Below are positions 46,444 to 55,748 of a stretch of DNA of 64,000 nucleotides, one piece after another. The stretch is from Alphaproteobacteria bacterium (GTDB lineage Bacteria; Pseudomonadota; Alphaproteobacteria; GCA-2731375). The DNA is taken from NCBI GenBank assembly GCA_965232515.1, contig CBDDPY010000002.1, forward strand, positions 320,001 to 384,000, written 5' to 3'. The position numbers and the translations under genes are program-made. Positions within the stretch are counted from its first letter, which is position 1; each line of letters opens with the position of its first letter. Below the pieces are notes generated by a model. That model ran no database searches and was not told where the DNA came from. It worked only from the letters and a program-made list of their open reading frames with translations.

Positions 46444-48123
46444 CTATTCGGCGGCGTCGCCCACGCCAGCGGCCTTCGGCCCGCTCTCGGCCGTTGCGGC
46501 CGGCGCCAGGTCGATCCCGGCATAGCCGTCCGCCACGACCTGGTTGATGATGGAGACGTATTTCGGGGCGCCGCCGTTGTAGACGAAATAGCGGATCCGG
46601 CCCTGCTCGTGGCCGGGGACGTTCGAGTTGTAGCCGGTGAACCAGGACTTGGCCTTCCGCATCAGCATGGTGGCGTACATCTTGGTCACATGCCCGGTCC
46701 AACGTTCCTCGGCCACCTGCGTCGCTTCGGCCCTAACGCGGCCCTCCGCCCATAGGTATTGCAGTAAATCGGTGCACCAGTTGACGCCGGTCTCGATGCC
46801 GCGCGGATAGTTCGACGACGCCGAGCCGCTCTGCGGACCGGCCGGCATGAACATGTTCGGGAAGCCGTGGACCATCATGCCGAGATATGTCGACGGGCCG
46901 TCGCGCCACCTGTCGCGCAATCGCGCCCCGCCGACGCCCTGGATGTCGATATGATCGAACGCGCCGGTCATCGCGTCGAAGCCGGTCGCATAGACGATGA
47001 TGTCGAAATCGTAGTCGCGTTCGCTGGTCCGCAGGCCGGTTTCGGTCACCCGCTCGATCGGCGTTTCGCCGATATCGACGAGGTGCACGTTGTCGCGGTT
47101 GTAGGCCTCCAGGTAATGGGTCTCCAGGGGCACCCGCTGCACGCCGAACCCGTGGTCGCGGGGGATCAGCTTCTCCGCTGTGCCTGCGTCCTTGACGCGC
47201 TGGCGGATGCGGTCGGCGACATAGGCGGAGAACTCGGCGTTGGCGTCCTCGTCGGTGAAGATCTCGCGGAAGTTCTGCAGCCAGATGCCGAATCCGGGCT
47301 CGTCGTAGAGCCGGTCCCACATCGCCACACGTTCCTCGCGCGGGACCTCCCAGAAGCCGCGCCGGTCCGGCTCGTGCTCGAAGCCGCCCGGCGTGCGGGC
47401 GCAGGCGGCGAAGATCTCGTCATAGCGCGCCCGGATGTCGCTCATCTCCGCCTCGGAGATCGGGCTGTTGTTCAGCGGCGCGCACCAGTTCGGCCGGCGC
47501 TGGAACACGGTCAGCTCGGCGGCCTCGCGCGCGACCTCGGGGATGAGCTGGATCGCCGTGGCGCCGGTGCCGATGACCGCGACCTTCTTGCCGGCCAGCT
47601 CGACCGGCTCGTGCGGCCAATAAAAGGTATGGAACGAGCGGCCTTTGAAGCTGTCCATGCCGTCGTAGCGCGGGAGCGTCGGCGTCGACAGCAGACCGAG
47701 CGCCATGATCACGAACCGGCAGGTCAGCTCCCGGCCGTCACTGACGGTCAGCCGCCACCGGCATTCGGCCTCGTCGAAGTGTGCCGCCTCGACCCGGCAA
47801 TTGAACTGCATGTGCCGGCGCAGATCGAACTTGTCGGCAACGAAATTCAGATAGCGCAGGTTCTCGGGCTGACCGGAGAAGCGCTCCTTCCAGTGCCACT
47901 CGTTCAGCACCTCCTTCGAAAAGGAATAGCCATAGGTGTAGCTCTCGGAATCGAATCGGGCGCCCGGATACCGGTTCCAATACCAGGTCCCGCCCAGATC
48001 GCCGCCGGCCTCGAGCACCGTGGCATCCACGCCGAGGTCGACCAGCCGCTTGATCTGATAGATCCCCGCCACCCCGGCGCCGATGACGATCACCTCATAA
48101 TCAGAACCGGTCGTGCCACTCAT
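46444..48123 (-). CDS. Type I Baeyer-Villiger monooxygenase
   Basis: GAGVAG, GGTWYWNRYPGARFD, fingerprint FKGRSFHTFYWP, GTGATA, ATGFDA. Confidence 0.95.
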   Translation of the reverse strand: MSGTTGSDYEVIVIGAGVAGIYQIKRLVDLGVDATVLEAGGDLGGTWYWNRYPGARFDSESYTYGYSFSKEVLNEWHWKERFSGQPENLRYLNFVADKFDLRRHMQFNCRVEAAHFDEAECRWRLTVSDGRELTCRFVIMALGLLSTPTLPRYDGMDSFKGRSFHTFYWPHEPVELAGKKVAVIGTGATAIQLIPEVAREAAELTVFQRRPNWCAPLNNSPISEAEMSDIRARYDEIFAACARTPGGFEHEPDRRGFWEVPREERVAMWDRLYDEPGFGIWLQNFREIFTDEDANAEFSAYVADRIRQRVKDAGTAEKLIPRDHGFGVQRVPLETHYLEAYNRDNVHLVDIGETPIERVTETGLRTSERDYDFDIIVYATGFDAMTGAFDHIDIQGVGGARLRDRWRDGPSTYLGMMVHGFPNMFMPAGPQSGSASSNYPRGIETGVNWCTDLLQYLWAEGRVRAEATQVAEERWTGHVTKMYATMLMRKAKSWFTGYNSNVPGHEQGRIRYFVYNGGAPKYVSIINQVVADGYAGIDLAPAATAESGPKAAGVGDAAE

Positions 48124-48411
48124 ATCCGCTCCTCGCCCGCTCGCCACTACCTAACGCACGTTAGTTTAAGGCAAATGCGACCCGAATGGTCGAGAAGAGA
48201 TTGCCGTCAGCGATATCGTGTCACAATGATGCCGGAATTGTCGACGCGATGTTAGCGGAACAGAAGGGCCACTTTGGTCTGGTAAGCCTGCTAAGGACTC
48301 CTTTGAATACGTTCCTAGTTCACTGGCGGTCTGCCGGAGCCACCAAAATTGCACGATCTATCAATTCGTGTAAATGTGGCGTGAAATTCGCCAAATGAAA
48401 GCTGTGGTAAC

Positions 48412-51400
48412 GTGCCGGATTCCGATGTGGTGGTCGCCGCTGACAGTGACGAACAGCTAAGCATCAAAGAGCTTCCTCTTGCTGACCTACCGCACCTTGC
48501 GGAGCATCACTGGTCTCAAGCCGAAGAAGCGACGGCCCGCGATCAGTTCAATGCTGCGGCAGGCTCTCTGCCATATGGACAGCTTTCCGACACCGGCTTC
48601 GAGCGCCTCTGTTTTCACCTCCTCCTTGCAGAGGGCCACGCACCGCGGTTCTGGGGACGGCGCGGAGACGCTCAGCAAGGTATCGACCTGATCATCTCAA
48701 ATGGAAGCGCTGCCACCGTTTACCAATGCAAGAACCACGCAAGCTTTGACGTGCCGAAGTTACAAAAGGCCCTCAACAAGTTCCGAACCGATTGGCTAGA
48801 GGCAAGGCCGGAACTCGGGCGGCCAGAGAACTTCGTCCTTTGTACCTCGGCGGAGCTCAAGGAAACGGCCAAGTGGGAGGAGTGCAAACGCGCATTCAGA
48901 GCGGAGACCCGTGTGGGCGTCGTGGAATGGCCTCGCGATAGGCTTGACGCCAAGCTTCGAGATCAGCCCGGCATCGTGGCTGATCTGTTCGGCGAACGGG
49001 TCGCGGAGCAGTTCTGCGGGCCAGGGCGAGGCTCGGCCTGGGACCTGGGGTTGTTTCGCCGGCTGGCGCCTGGTTCAGGCGAGAAACGCGTCGACCGCTT
49101 TCTTGAGCTGCGCGACGCCGGCCAGATCGTGCGCCTTGATCGTGAGGCACAGCGATTTGAGGCCATTCTTGGCGGACACCGCCGCATCCTTATCTGTGGC
49201 CTGGCCGGCACCGGCAAGACGATGTCTGCTCTCGAACTTTCCTCGTTTTTTGATGGTGGTTCTTGGCGTGTGTTTTACCTGTGCCCAGACGATACGCACA
49301 ACATCGATCATCTGGTCGAGGGCATCCGGAGCCGAGCGTTTCGCAAGGGCGTCTTTGTGCTGGACGATTGTCATCTGGACTTTGGTAGGGTCGAGCGGCT
49401 TGCCGGACGGATCGCTGCTATCGACAACCCGAATATAAAGCTCGTCCTGACCGCCCGGACACCGCCCAAAGGCCTGGATTTCCTCGACCCTGAAGCAGGT
49501 CACTTCGTGCACGAGCTGCGCGAAGCCGAACAAGCTGTCGAGGTCGCGGCTGATGTCGAGCGTTATCGTGCGATCATGAACCTTCGTCGTCCTAATTGGC
49601 GCGACCCGCCGATCGACCGCTTGATGGCGTGGACGGGCCACGACTTGGCAATACTCGATTTGATCCTCGACGTCACCGAGCAGGACGACATCCGTGAGGT
49701 CGAAAAGATCGACGATCTCTTCGATCAGATCTTGCGCGAAATCTTCAAGGCTCACTCGGCGCAGGCATTCAACCTAAAGCGGCTCGCGGCCGTCGCGCAG
49801 TTCGACCTTGACTTGCCGAGAAACATCTTTCCCGAGCCGTTCGAGCCGAAACCCAATGAAAACGGAGCGGCACAGCGGTTCGTTGTCGTCGGCGGCCGCC
49901 CGCCCGCCGCAAAATTCGGTCATGCCTCGGCGGCAGAGCTGATCTATCGGTTACTGGCATGGGCGCATGGCGAAGAGGATATGCATTTCGCTGCTGCCCG
50001 CGATTGCGCCGACGTCCTCGAATTGTGTCAGCCGGAGCATGCCCTGGGCGAGCTCCTGCCACGCCTGCTTCGCGCCCGCCTGAAGCTCGCCGACGATGGG
50101 GCTATCAAGCGAGAGCTCCTGACTGAGGGACGCGTTTTAGCTCTCCTAGGCGCTGAGCCCGAGTGGGTTCCGACCGCGGTCCTATTCATCTCTGCATTAC
50201 TCTGCCGCAGCCTGCCGACACCGCCTCCTTTCGCGATATGGCTCGCAGAGCGCTTGGAAAGCTGGGCGGAGAACCCTGAGACCGCGGACGATTTTTCGGT
50301 CATCGGCGGTTGCCTCAGAGCGCTCGCCCTGGCCAACGCCTCCGCGCAGCGCGATGTCGAGCTTCGGATCGGCCCGGACCGCTTCGCGGAACTCATCGCC
50401 GCCCGCGGCACGCTTGTCGAGCTGCTGAACGTTTTGCAGCACAGCACGTCGGGATTCGCCGCCGAGCTGTCGCGTGGGTTCAACCGGGAAGGGGTGGCGG
50501 AGCTGCTCGAGCGAACGATCCGCGAAGAGAGGTCGATCGGCACGCTCCACTTCGCGCTGCGAGGCCTCGGCAAACGTCCCTTGCCGGGCGAAGCGGGCCG
50601 CACGCAGCTCCATCTCTTCGAGGAAACGCTCGGTGGGACAGCGATGGCGCGGCTCATCGTCGCCCGCGGCACGCTTGTCGAGCTGCTGAAAGTTTTGGAG
50701 CACAGCACGTCGGGATTCGCCGCCGAGCTGTCGCGTGGGTTCAACCGGGAAGGGGTGGCGGAGCTGCTCGAGCGAACGATCCGCGAAGAGAGGTCGATCG
50801 GCACGCTCCACTTCGCGCTGCGAGGCCTCGGCAAACGTCCCTTGCCGGGCGAAGCGGGCCGCACGCAGCTCCATCTCTTCGAGGAAACGCTCGGTGGGAC
50901 AGCGATGGCGCGGCTCATCGTCGCCCGCGGCACGCTTGTCGAGCTGCTGAAAGTTTTGGAGCACAGCACGTCGGGATTCGCCGCCGAGCTGTTGCGTGGG
51001 TTCAACCGGGAAGGGGTGGCGGAGCTGCTCGAGCGAACGATCCGCGAAGAGAGGTCGATCGGCACGCTCAGCTTCGCGCTGCGAGACCTCGGCAAACGTC
51101 CCTTGCCGGGCGAAGCGGACCGCACGCAGCTCCATCTCTTCGAGGAAACGCTCGGTGGGACAGCGATGGCGCGGCTCATCGCCGCCCGCGGCACGCTTGT
51201 CGAGCTGCTGAAAGTTTTGGAGCACAGCACGTCGGGATTCGCCGCCGAGCTGTTGCGTGGGTTCAACCGGGAAGGGGTGGCGGAGCTGCTCGAGCGAACG
51301 ATCCGCGAAGAGAGGTCGATCGGCACGCTCCACTTGGCGCTGCGAGACCTCGGCAAACGTCCCTTGCCGGGCGAAGCGGACCGCACGCAGCTCCATCTCT

Positions 51401-52788
51401 TCGAGGAAACGCTCGGTGGGACAGCGATGGCGCGGCTCATCGCCGCCCGCGGCACCCTTTTCGAGCTGCTGAAGGTCTTGCAGTACAGCACGTCGGATTT
51501 TGCCGCCGAGCTGTTGCGTGCGTTCAACCGGGAAGGGGTGGCGGAGCTGCTCGAGCGAACGATCCGCGAAGAGAGGTCGATCGGCACGCTCGACTTCGCG
51601 CTGCGAGACCTCGGCAAACGTCAGTTGCCTGGCGAAGCGGACCGCACGCAGCTCCAACTCTTCGAGGAAACGCTCGGCGTCGCCGGCTTTTGGCGGCTCG
51701 TCCTCGGCACCGGCAATCTAAATCATCTTGCCTTCATTCTAGACGCGCTCAGCCCCGCCTTCCGGATTCGCTTACTTTCGGCTGAGCATGCGCCTTCGTC
51801 CGACGGTTGGAAGACGCTGGCTAGCGCAGGCAGCATCTACGACCAAGCCCGCTTTGCGCACGATAGCTTGGCTTTGCTGCCCAACGAGACGGCCAGGCGG
51901 TTTCAGAAAGCGATCGAAGCCACCGCGGCAACTATCGCGGAGACGAGCAGCTGGGACGCACTCGGCGCCGGTCTGGCGATGGCGGAGCTGATCTCGGATG
52001 AACGCGTGCGTTCGGTGCTTCTAGACGGGGTCAACCGGCGCATCGATGCCACCCACCTCGCCACGCTCCGACCGGACGACTACGAATCGGCGACGGGGGC
52101 GCTTTCGTTGCTCTGGCGAGAACGCCCGGGTCTGCGCGCTCAGCTTGGCGCGGCGCTTTGGCGGCTGCTGCCGGACCAAGTGCATTGGCCGCGCACACAC
52201 CGTCTGATCGTTAAGGCCCGTTTCGTCCTCACGGTCGCTCGATCCGAACACGTAAACCAAGACGACGCGCTGCGCACGCTTCGGGCATTCGCACCGCTTG
52301 GCCTCGACATCGCCATTGATCCGAAATCCGCACGCTATCATGCGTTGTTCCTTTGGAATCTATATGCGCTGTGGTTCGAGCGCGGCCTCGATTTGTCCGG
52401 AGACTTCCGACGCTTGCAGCATGACAAAACCTGGGTGCGGTTCGTCGACGTGGTGAAGCGGCGGCTGAGCCTCCGCTGGAATAATGACAAGCTGGATACG
52501 CTGCAACTCGCCGGTGCCCTGGTGTTCCTCGTTCCCGAAATGCGGCCGCGACTGGCTGAGTTGATCAAAGGAAATATCAAAGGTATCAAATATCTAGCCG
52601 ACTTTTCTGACAATGAGTTGAAATTCATCCCTGCGTTTCTCGCATTCAAAGGCATGGCGCTGAGCGCGCCGGAGAGCGCGATTTTCTCGCCAGAGCGTGT
52701 GCGCCTTCTGCTCGATAAATCGGCGGCCTACGATGACCGCGGTCCTGCGATCGAGCATGTCTGCGAATGGTTGAAGGAGCGCCTGTAA
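48412..52788 (+). CDS. Restriction-endonuclease-like domain + STAND-like P-loop NTPase + helical tandem repeats (putative NLR-like defence protein)
   Basis: N-terminal FERLC...QQGIDLI...VYQCK (Mrr-like PD-(D/E/Q)xK), Walker A GLAGTGKT, Walker B VFVLDDCH, sensor-1 LVLTAR, five 87-aa repeats. Codon usage is less GC3-biased than the neighbours. Confidence 0.82.
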   Translation: MPDSDVVVAADSDEQLSIKELPLADLPHLAEHHWSQAEEATARDQFNAAAGSLPYGQLSDTGFERLCFHLLLAEGHAPRFWGRRGDAQQGIDLIISNGSAATVYQCKNHASFDVPKLQKALNKFRTDWLEARPELGRPENFVLCTSAELKETAKWEECKRAFRAETRVGVVEWPRDRLDAKLRDQPGIVADLFGERVAEQFCGPGRGSAWDLGLFRRLAPGSGEKRVDRFLELRDAGQIVRLDREAQRFEAILGGHRRILICGLAGTGKTMSALELSSFFDGGSWRVFYLCPDDTHNIDHLVEGIRSRAFRKGVFVLDDCHLDFGRVERLAGRIAAIDNPNIKLVLTARTPPKGLDFLDPEAGHFVHELREAEQAVEVAADVERYRAIMNLRRPNWRDPPIDRLMAWTGHDLAILDLILDVTEQDDIREVEKIDDLFDQILREIFKAHSAQAFNLKRLAAVAQFDLDLPRNIFPEPFEPKPNENGAAQRFVVVGGRPPAAKFGHASAAELIYRLLAWAHGEEDMHFAAARDCADVLELCQPEHALGELLPRLLRARLKLADDGAIKRELLTEGRVLALLGAEPEWVPTAVLFISALLCRSLPTPPPFAIWLAERLESWAENPETADDFSVIGGCLRALALANASAQRDVELRIGPDRFAELIAARGTLVELLNVLQHSTSGFAAELSRGFNREGVAELLERTIREERSIGTLHFALRGLGKRPLPGEAGRTQLHLFEETLGGTAMARLIVARGTLVELLKVLEHSTSGFAAELSRGFNREGVAELLERTIREERSIGTLHFALRGLGKRPLPGEAGRTQLHLFEETLGGTAMARLIVARGTLVELLKVLEHSTSGFAAELLRGFNREGVAELLERTIREERSIGTLSFALRDLGKRPLPGEADRTQLHLFEETLGGTAMARLIAARGTLVELLKVLEHSTSGFAAELLRGFNREGVAELLERTIREERSIGTLHLALRDLGKRPLPGEADRTQLHLFEETLGGTAMARLIAARGTLFELLKVLQYSTSDFAAELLRAFNREGVAELLERTIREERSIGTLDFALRDLGKRQLPGEADRTQLQLFEETLGVAGFWRLVLGTGNLNHLAFILDALSPAFRIRLLSAEHAPSSDGWKTLASAGSIYDQARFAHDSLALLPNETARRFQKAIEATAATIAETSSWDALGAGLAMAELISDERVRSVLLDGVNRRIDATHLATLRPDDYESATGALSLLWRERPGLRAQLGAALWRLLPDQVHWPRTHRLIVKARFVLTVARSEHVNQDDALRTLRAFAPLGLDIAIDPKSARYHALFLWNLYALWFERGLDLSGDFRRLQHDKTWVRFVDVVKRRLSLRWNNDKLDTLQLAGALVFLVPEMRPRLAELIKGNIKGIKYLADFSDNELKFIPAFLAFKGMALSAPESAIFSPERVRLLLDKSAAYDDRGPAIEHVCEWLKERL
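50392..51696 (+). repeat. Intragenic tandem repeat, 5 x 261 bp (87 aa)
   Basis: Units start at 50392, 50653, 50914, 51175 and 51436 (CTCATCG(C/T)CGCCCGCGGCAC...). Near-identical, with unit 5 more diverged. Confidence 0.97.
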
Positions 52789-53023
52789 TGCCGGAAACGA
52801 CGACGGCGAAACTGTCGCACTGTCATCGGCGTTAGCGCCGCTAAGTTGGTCGTCCGGCTCGACTGCGGCGAAGTCGACTTGCGACCGATTCGGGACATAT
52901 TTGGACTGATCGTTGGCGCTGCCGGAAGTCCCGTTATCGTCGGTCAACGGCCGTTGAAGCGTGTCGGTGCCTCGTCAATGAGGCCACGACCCGACACCCA
53001 GGCTCTCGGTTCTGATCCTGTCG

Positions 53024-53779
53024 TCAGTGCTCCAGCATGTGCCAGAGCTTGCGTTTGACCGCCAGCAGGTCTTCGGAGAGGCGCATCTCGCCGGTGCGGG
53101 GGCGGGGCAGGTCGACGTCCTCGACGTGCCGGACCCGGCCGGGGCGGGCGGACAAGACGACGATCCGGTCGGCCAGGAAGATCGCTTCTTCCAGGTCGTG
53201 GGTCACGAAGACCACGGTCTTGTTCGTAACCTGCCAGAGCTCCTGCAGATCGGCCTGCATGCGTTCCTTGGTCTGGGCGTCCAGCGCGCCGAACGGCTCG
53301 TCCATCAGCAGCACCTCGGGATCGTTGGCGTAGACCCGGCCGATATCGACCCGCTTGCGCATGCCGCCCGAGAGCTCGCGCGGCCAGCGGTCCTCGAAGC
53401 CCTTCAAGCCGACAAGCTCGACCCACTTCTTCTCGATCTCGGCGCAGGCCTTGCGGGATGCGCCATGCAGGCGCGGACCGTAGGAGATGTTCTTCGCCAC
53501 CGTCATCCAGGGAAAGACGGCGTCCTGCTGAAAGACCATGCCGCGCTCGCGGCCAGTGCCCTTGATCTCGTTGCCGTCGAGCGTGATCCGACCGTCGCTC
53601 GGGGCGTAGAGGCCCGCCATCATCTTCAAGAGCGTGGACTTGCCGCAGCCGGACGTGCCGACGATCGCGTTGAAGCTGCCGGAGCGAAACGCGAGATTGA
53701 TGTCGTCCAACACCGTGAGCGCGACGGGCGTGCCCTTGCCAAAGGTGTGGCTGAGCTTGTCGACGATGATCTCGGACAT
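53024..53779 (-). CDS. ABC ATPase, NitT/TauT (SsuB/TauB-like) family
   Basis: GTSGCGKST, LSGGMRKR, LLMDEPFGALD, VTHD. Confidence 0.95.
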   Translation of the reverse strand: MSEIIVDKLSHTFGKGTPVALTVLDDINLAFRSGSFNAIVGTSGCGKSTLLKMMAGLYAPSDGRITLDGNEIKGTGRERGMVFQQDAVFPWMTVAKNISYGPRLHGASRKACAEIEKKWVELVGLKGFEDRWPRELSGGMRKRVDIGRVYANDPEVLLMDEPFGALDAQTKERMQADLQELWQVTNKTVVFVTHDLEEAIFLADRIVVLSARPGRVRHVEDVDLPRPRTGEMRLSEDLLAVKRKLWHMLEH

Positions 53780-54555
53780 TATTCGCGGGTCTCCGACCAG
53801 CGGGTCAGGCGGGTCTGTATGGTCCGGAAAATCCGGTCCATCGTAAAGGCGCAGGCGCCGATGATGACGATGATCATCATCACCTGGTCGGTCAGGAAGT
53901 AACGCCGTCCCTCTTGCAGCAGGAAGCCGAGCCCGCTCGGCGCGGCGATCAGTTCGGCCGCGACCAGCGTCGTCCAGGCGGCCGCCAGCGCGATGCGCAG
54001 CCCGGTAAAGATGAATGGCGTGGCCGCGGGAATGGCGACGGTCCGAAAAATCTGAAAGCGCGACGCGCCCATGGTCGACGCGGCGTCCACATAGACCTGC
54101 GGCACGTTCTTCATGCCGGCGATGACGTTGATGATGCAGACCAGGAAACAGGCGATGGTGATCAACAGGACGCGGCTGAACTCCTCGATGCCGAACCAGA
54201 TGATGACGATCGGGATGTAAGCGAGCGGCGGGATCGGGCGGATCGCCTCGATCAGCGGATCGAACAGGTATTCGATCGTCTTGTACCAGCCGATCAGGCA
54301 GCCCAGCACCAGCGCCAGGCTGGTGCCGATCAGGAAGCCCTGCACGATCCGCGACAGGCTGGCGAACAGCGCGTCGAACAGCGTGCCGCTGGTGATGTTG
54401 GTATAGAACGCCGTGCCGATATTGCTGATCGGCGGCAGCAGCGACGGATTGTTGTCCGGCTGGTTCGTCACCAGGACATAGGCGCCGATCACCACGGCAA
54501 TGGAAAGGGCGCCCAGGACCAGGCGCCCTCTCAGTTGCGGACGCAGCCAGCGCAT
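53779..54555 (-). CDS. ABC permease, NitT/TauT (SsuC/TauC-like)
   Basis: RPIPPLAYIP, DAASTMGAS, WTTLVAAELIAA. Confidence 0.93.
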   Translation of the reverse strand: MRWLRPQLRGRLVLGALSIAVVIGAYVLVTNQPDNNPSLLPPISNIGTAFYTNITSGTLFDALFASLSRIVQGFLIGTSLALVLGCLIGWYKTIEYLFDPLIEAIRPIPPLAYIPIVIIWFGIEEFSRVLLITIACFLVCIINVIAGMKNVPQVYVDAASTMGASRFQIFRTVAIPAATPFIFTGLRIALAAAWTTLVAAELIAAPSGLGFLLQEGRRYFLTDQVMMIIVIIGACAFTMDRIFRTIQTRLTRWSETRE

Positions 54556-54560
54556 CGGCG

Positions 54561-55589
54561 TCAGATCTGTTTGACGATCTGATCGCTGACCAGCGCCTCG
54601 ACGTCCGGCATCGAATCCAGCTTGCCTTTCGACACCAGGAACTCGGCCTGCGTCCTGGCGGAGTTCAGCAGCAATCCCTTGGCGAACAGGTCTTTGATCT
54701 CGGCGGTGTCGAGATAGCCCCAGTCATTGAAGATCGCCGCCACATCCTCGCGCGTAACCTTGGCGTTGCCGAGCCCCTGCTGCCAGCGCTGCATGGCGTC
54801 GATCGCCTTGTCGTTTTCGTTGCGCTGGAAGGCGACGGTCGGCCCATGGAATGCCGCGACCAGATCGACCAGCATCGCCTCGTTGGCGTCCATGTATGGC
54901 TGCGTCGTCATGATCACGTCCATGATGCTGGGGAAGTCTGCCGGCAGCTTGCCGCCATCGACGGTCAGAACCGCATCCGGCCGGGCCTGGAAGATCAGCG
55001 CGCGCGACGTTGCCAACGGCACGCAGGCGTCGACCGCGCCGGCGACGAACGCGGACTGGCCCTCGATCGGCTCCATGTTCACGCGCTCGAAGGGCATGTC
55101 GGACAGCCCGGCGGCGGCGAGCGCGGAATCCAGGAAGAAGTCGAAGTTCGATCCGGAGGTCACCGCGACCCGTTTGCCCTCGAGGTGTTCGATGGAGTCC
55201 ATGCCGGGCGCGCCGACGACGACGAACAGCGGCGTCGCATCGCCGCAGACCGAGAACTCGCGAAAGTCGGCGACCTTGCGCGCCATCGCCGCCAGCGGCG
55301 GCACGGACCCCACCGTCAGCACGTCGATGCTGCCGCCGACCATCGCCTCGATGCCGGGCGGGCCCGAGGGAAACACGCGCATATCAAGTTCGATGTCGCG
55401 TTCGGCCAGGAACCCCTGGTCCTGCGCCAGCCAGTACATGCCGAAGGAATAGGCCGGAATGATTCCGAGCTTGATCTTCCGGGTCGCCGCCTTCGCCGGC
55501 CGCATGAAGAAATAGGGCGTCGCCAGGGCAGCGGTGGCGCCGGCGGTTCCCTTCAGGACGGTCCGCCGCGTCAGTGACTTGGACGTCAT
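54561..55589 (-). CDS. ABC substrate-binding protein (SsuA/TauA-like) with Tat signal
   Basis: Twin-arginine LTRRTVLKG, FPSGPPGIEAMVGGSID, LEGKRVA. Confidence 0.88.
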   Translation of the reverse strand: MTSKSLTRRTVLKGTAGATAALATPYFFMRPAKAATRKIKLGIIPAYSFGMYWLAQDQGFLAERDIELDMRVFPSGPPGIEAMVGGSIDVLTVGSVPPLAAMARKVADFREFSVCGDATPLFVVVGAPGMDSIEHLEGKRVAVTSGSNFDFFLDSALAAAGLSDMPFERVNMEPIEGQSAFVAGAVDACVPLATSRALIFQARPDAVLTVDGGKLPADFPSIMDVIMTTQPYMDANEAMLVDLVAAFHGPTVAFQRNENDKAIDAMQRWQQGLGNAKVTREDVAAIFNDWGYLDTAEIKDLFAKGLLLNSARTQAEFLVSKGKLDSMPDVEALVSDQIVKQI

Positions 55590-55672
55590 GTCGAATTCCT
55601 CCCCAATTTTTTTCCGCTCGGAATTGGATTCCGGCTTGTCAGGAAACGGTAGGGCCGTAGCTGATGCTTGTC

Positions 55673-55695
55673 AATCTAGTAGTTACTAGAATATA
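55673..55695. promoter_or_regulatory. Palindromic operator, copy 1 (probably for the GntR/HutC regulator)
   Basis: AATCTAGTAGTTACTAGAATATA in the divergent SBP/sulfatase promoter. Its reverse complement matches 60212-60234 at 20/23 positions. Confidence 0.78.
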
Positions 55696-55748
55696 CCTTT
55701 TAGAACCGACAGCCGCGGACGGCATGTCGGAACGCGAAGGAGGCCGGC

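Noticed and set aside
50392-51696. Repeat array as CRISPR or DGR template/variable repeats
   Set aside because: No unique spacers and no cas or reverse transcriptase gene. Differences are not adenine-specific, and the units are contiguous and in frame.
50028-51785. Three additional long ORFs overlapping the 261-bp repeat on both strands
   Set aside because: A unit length divisible by 3 propagates any stop-free frame. These ORFs end near the repeat edges and have Ser/Arg-biased composition.
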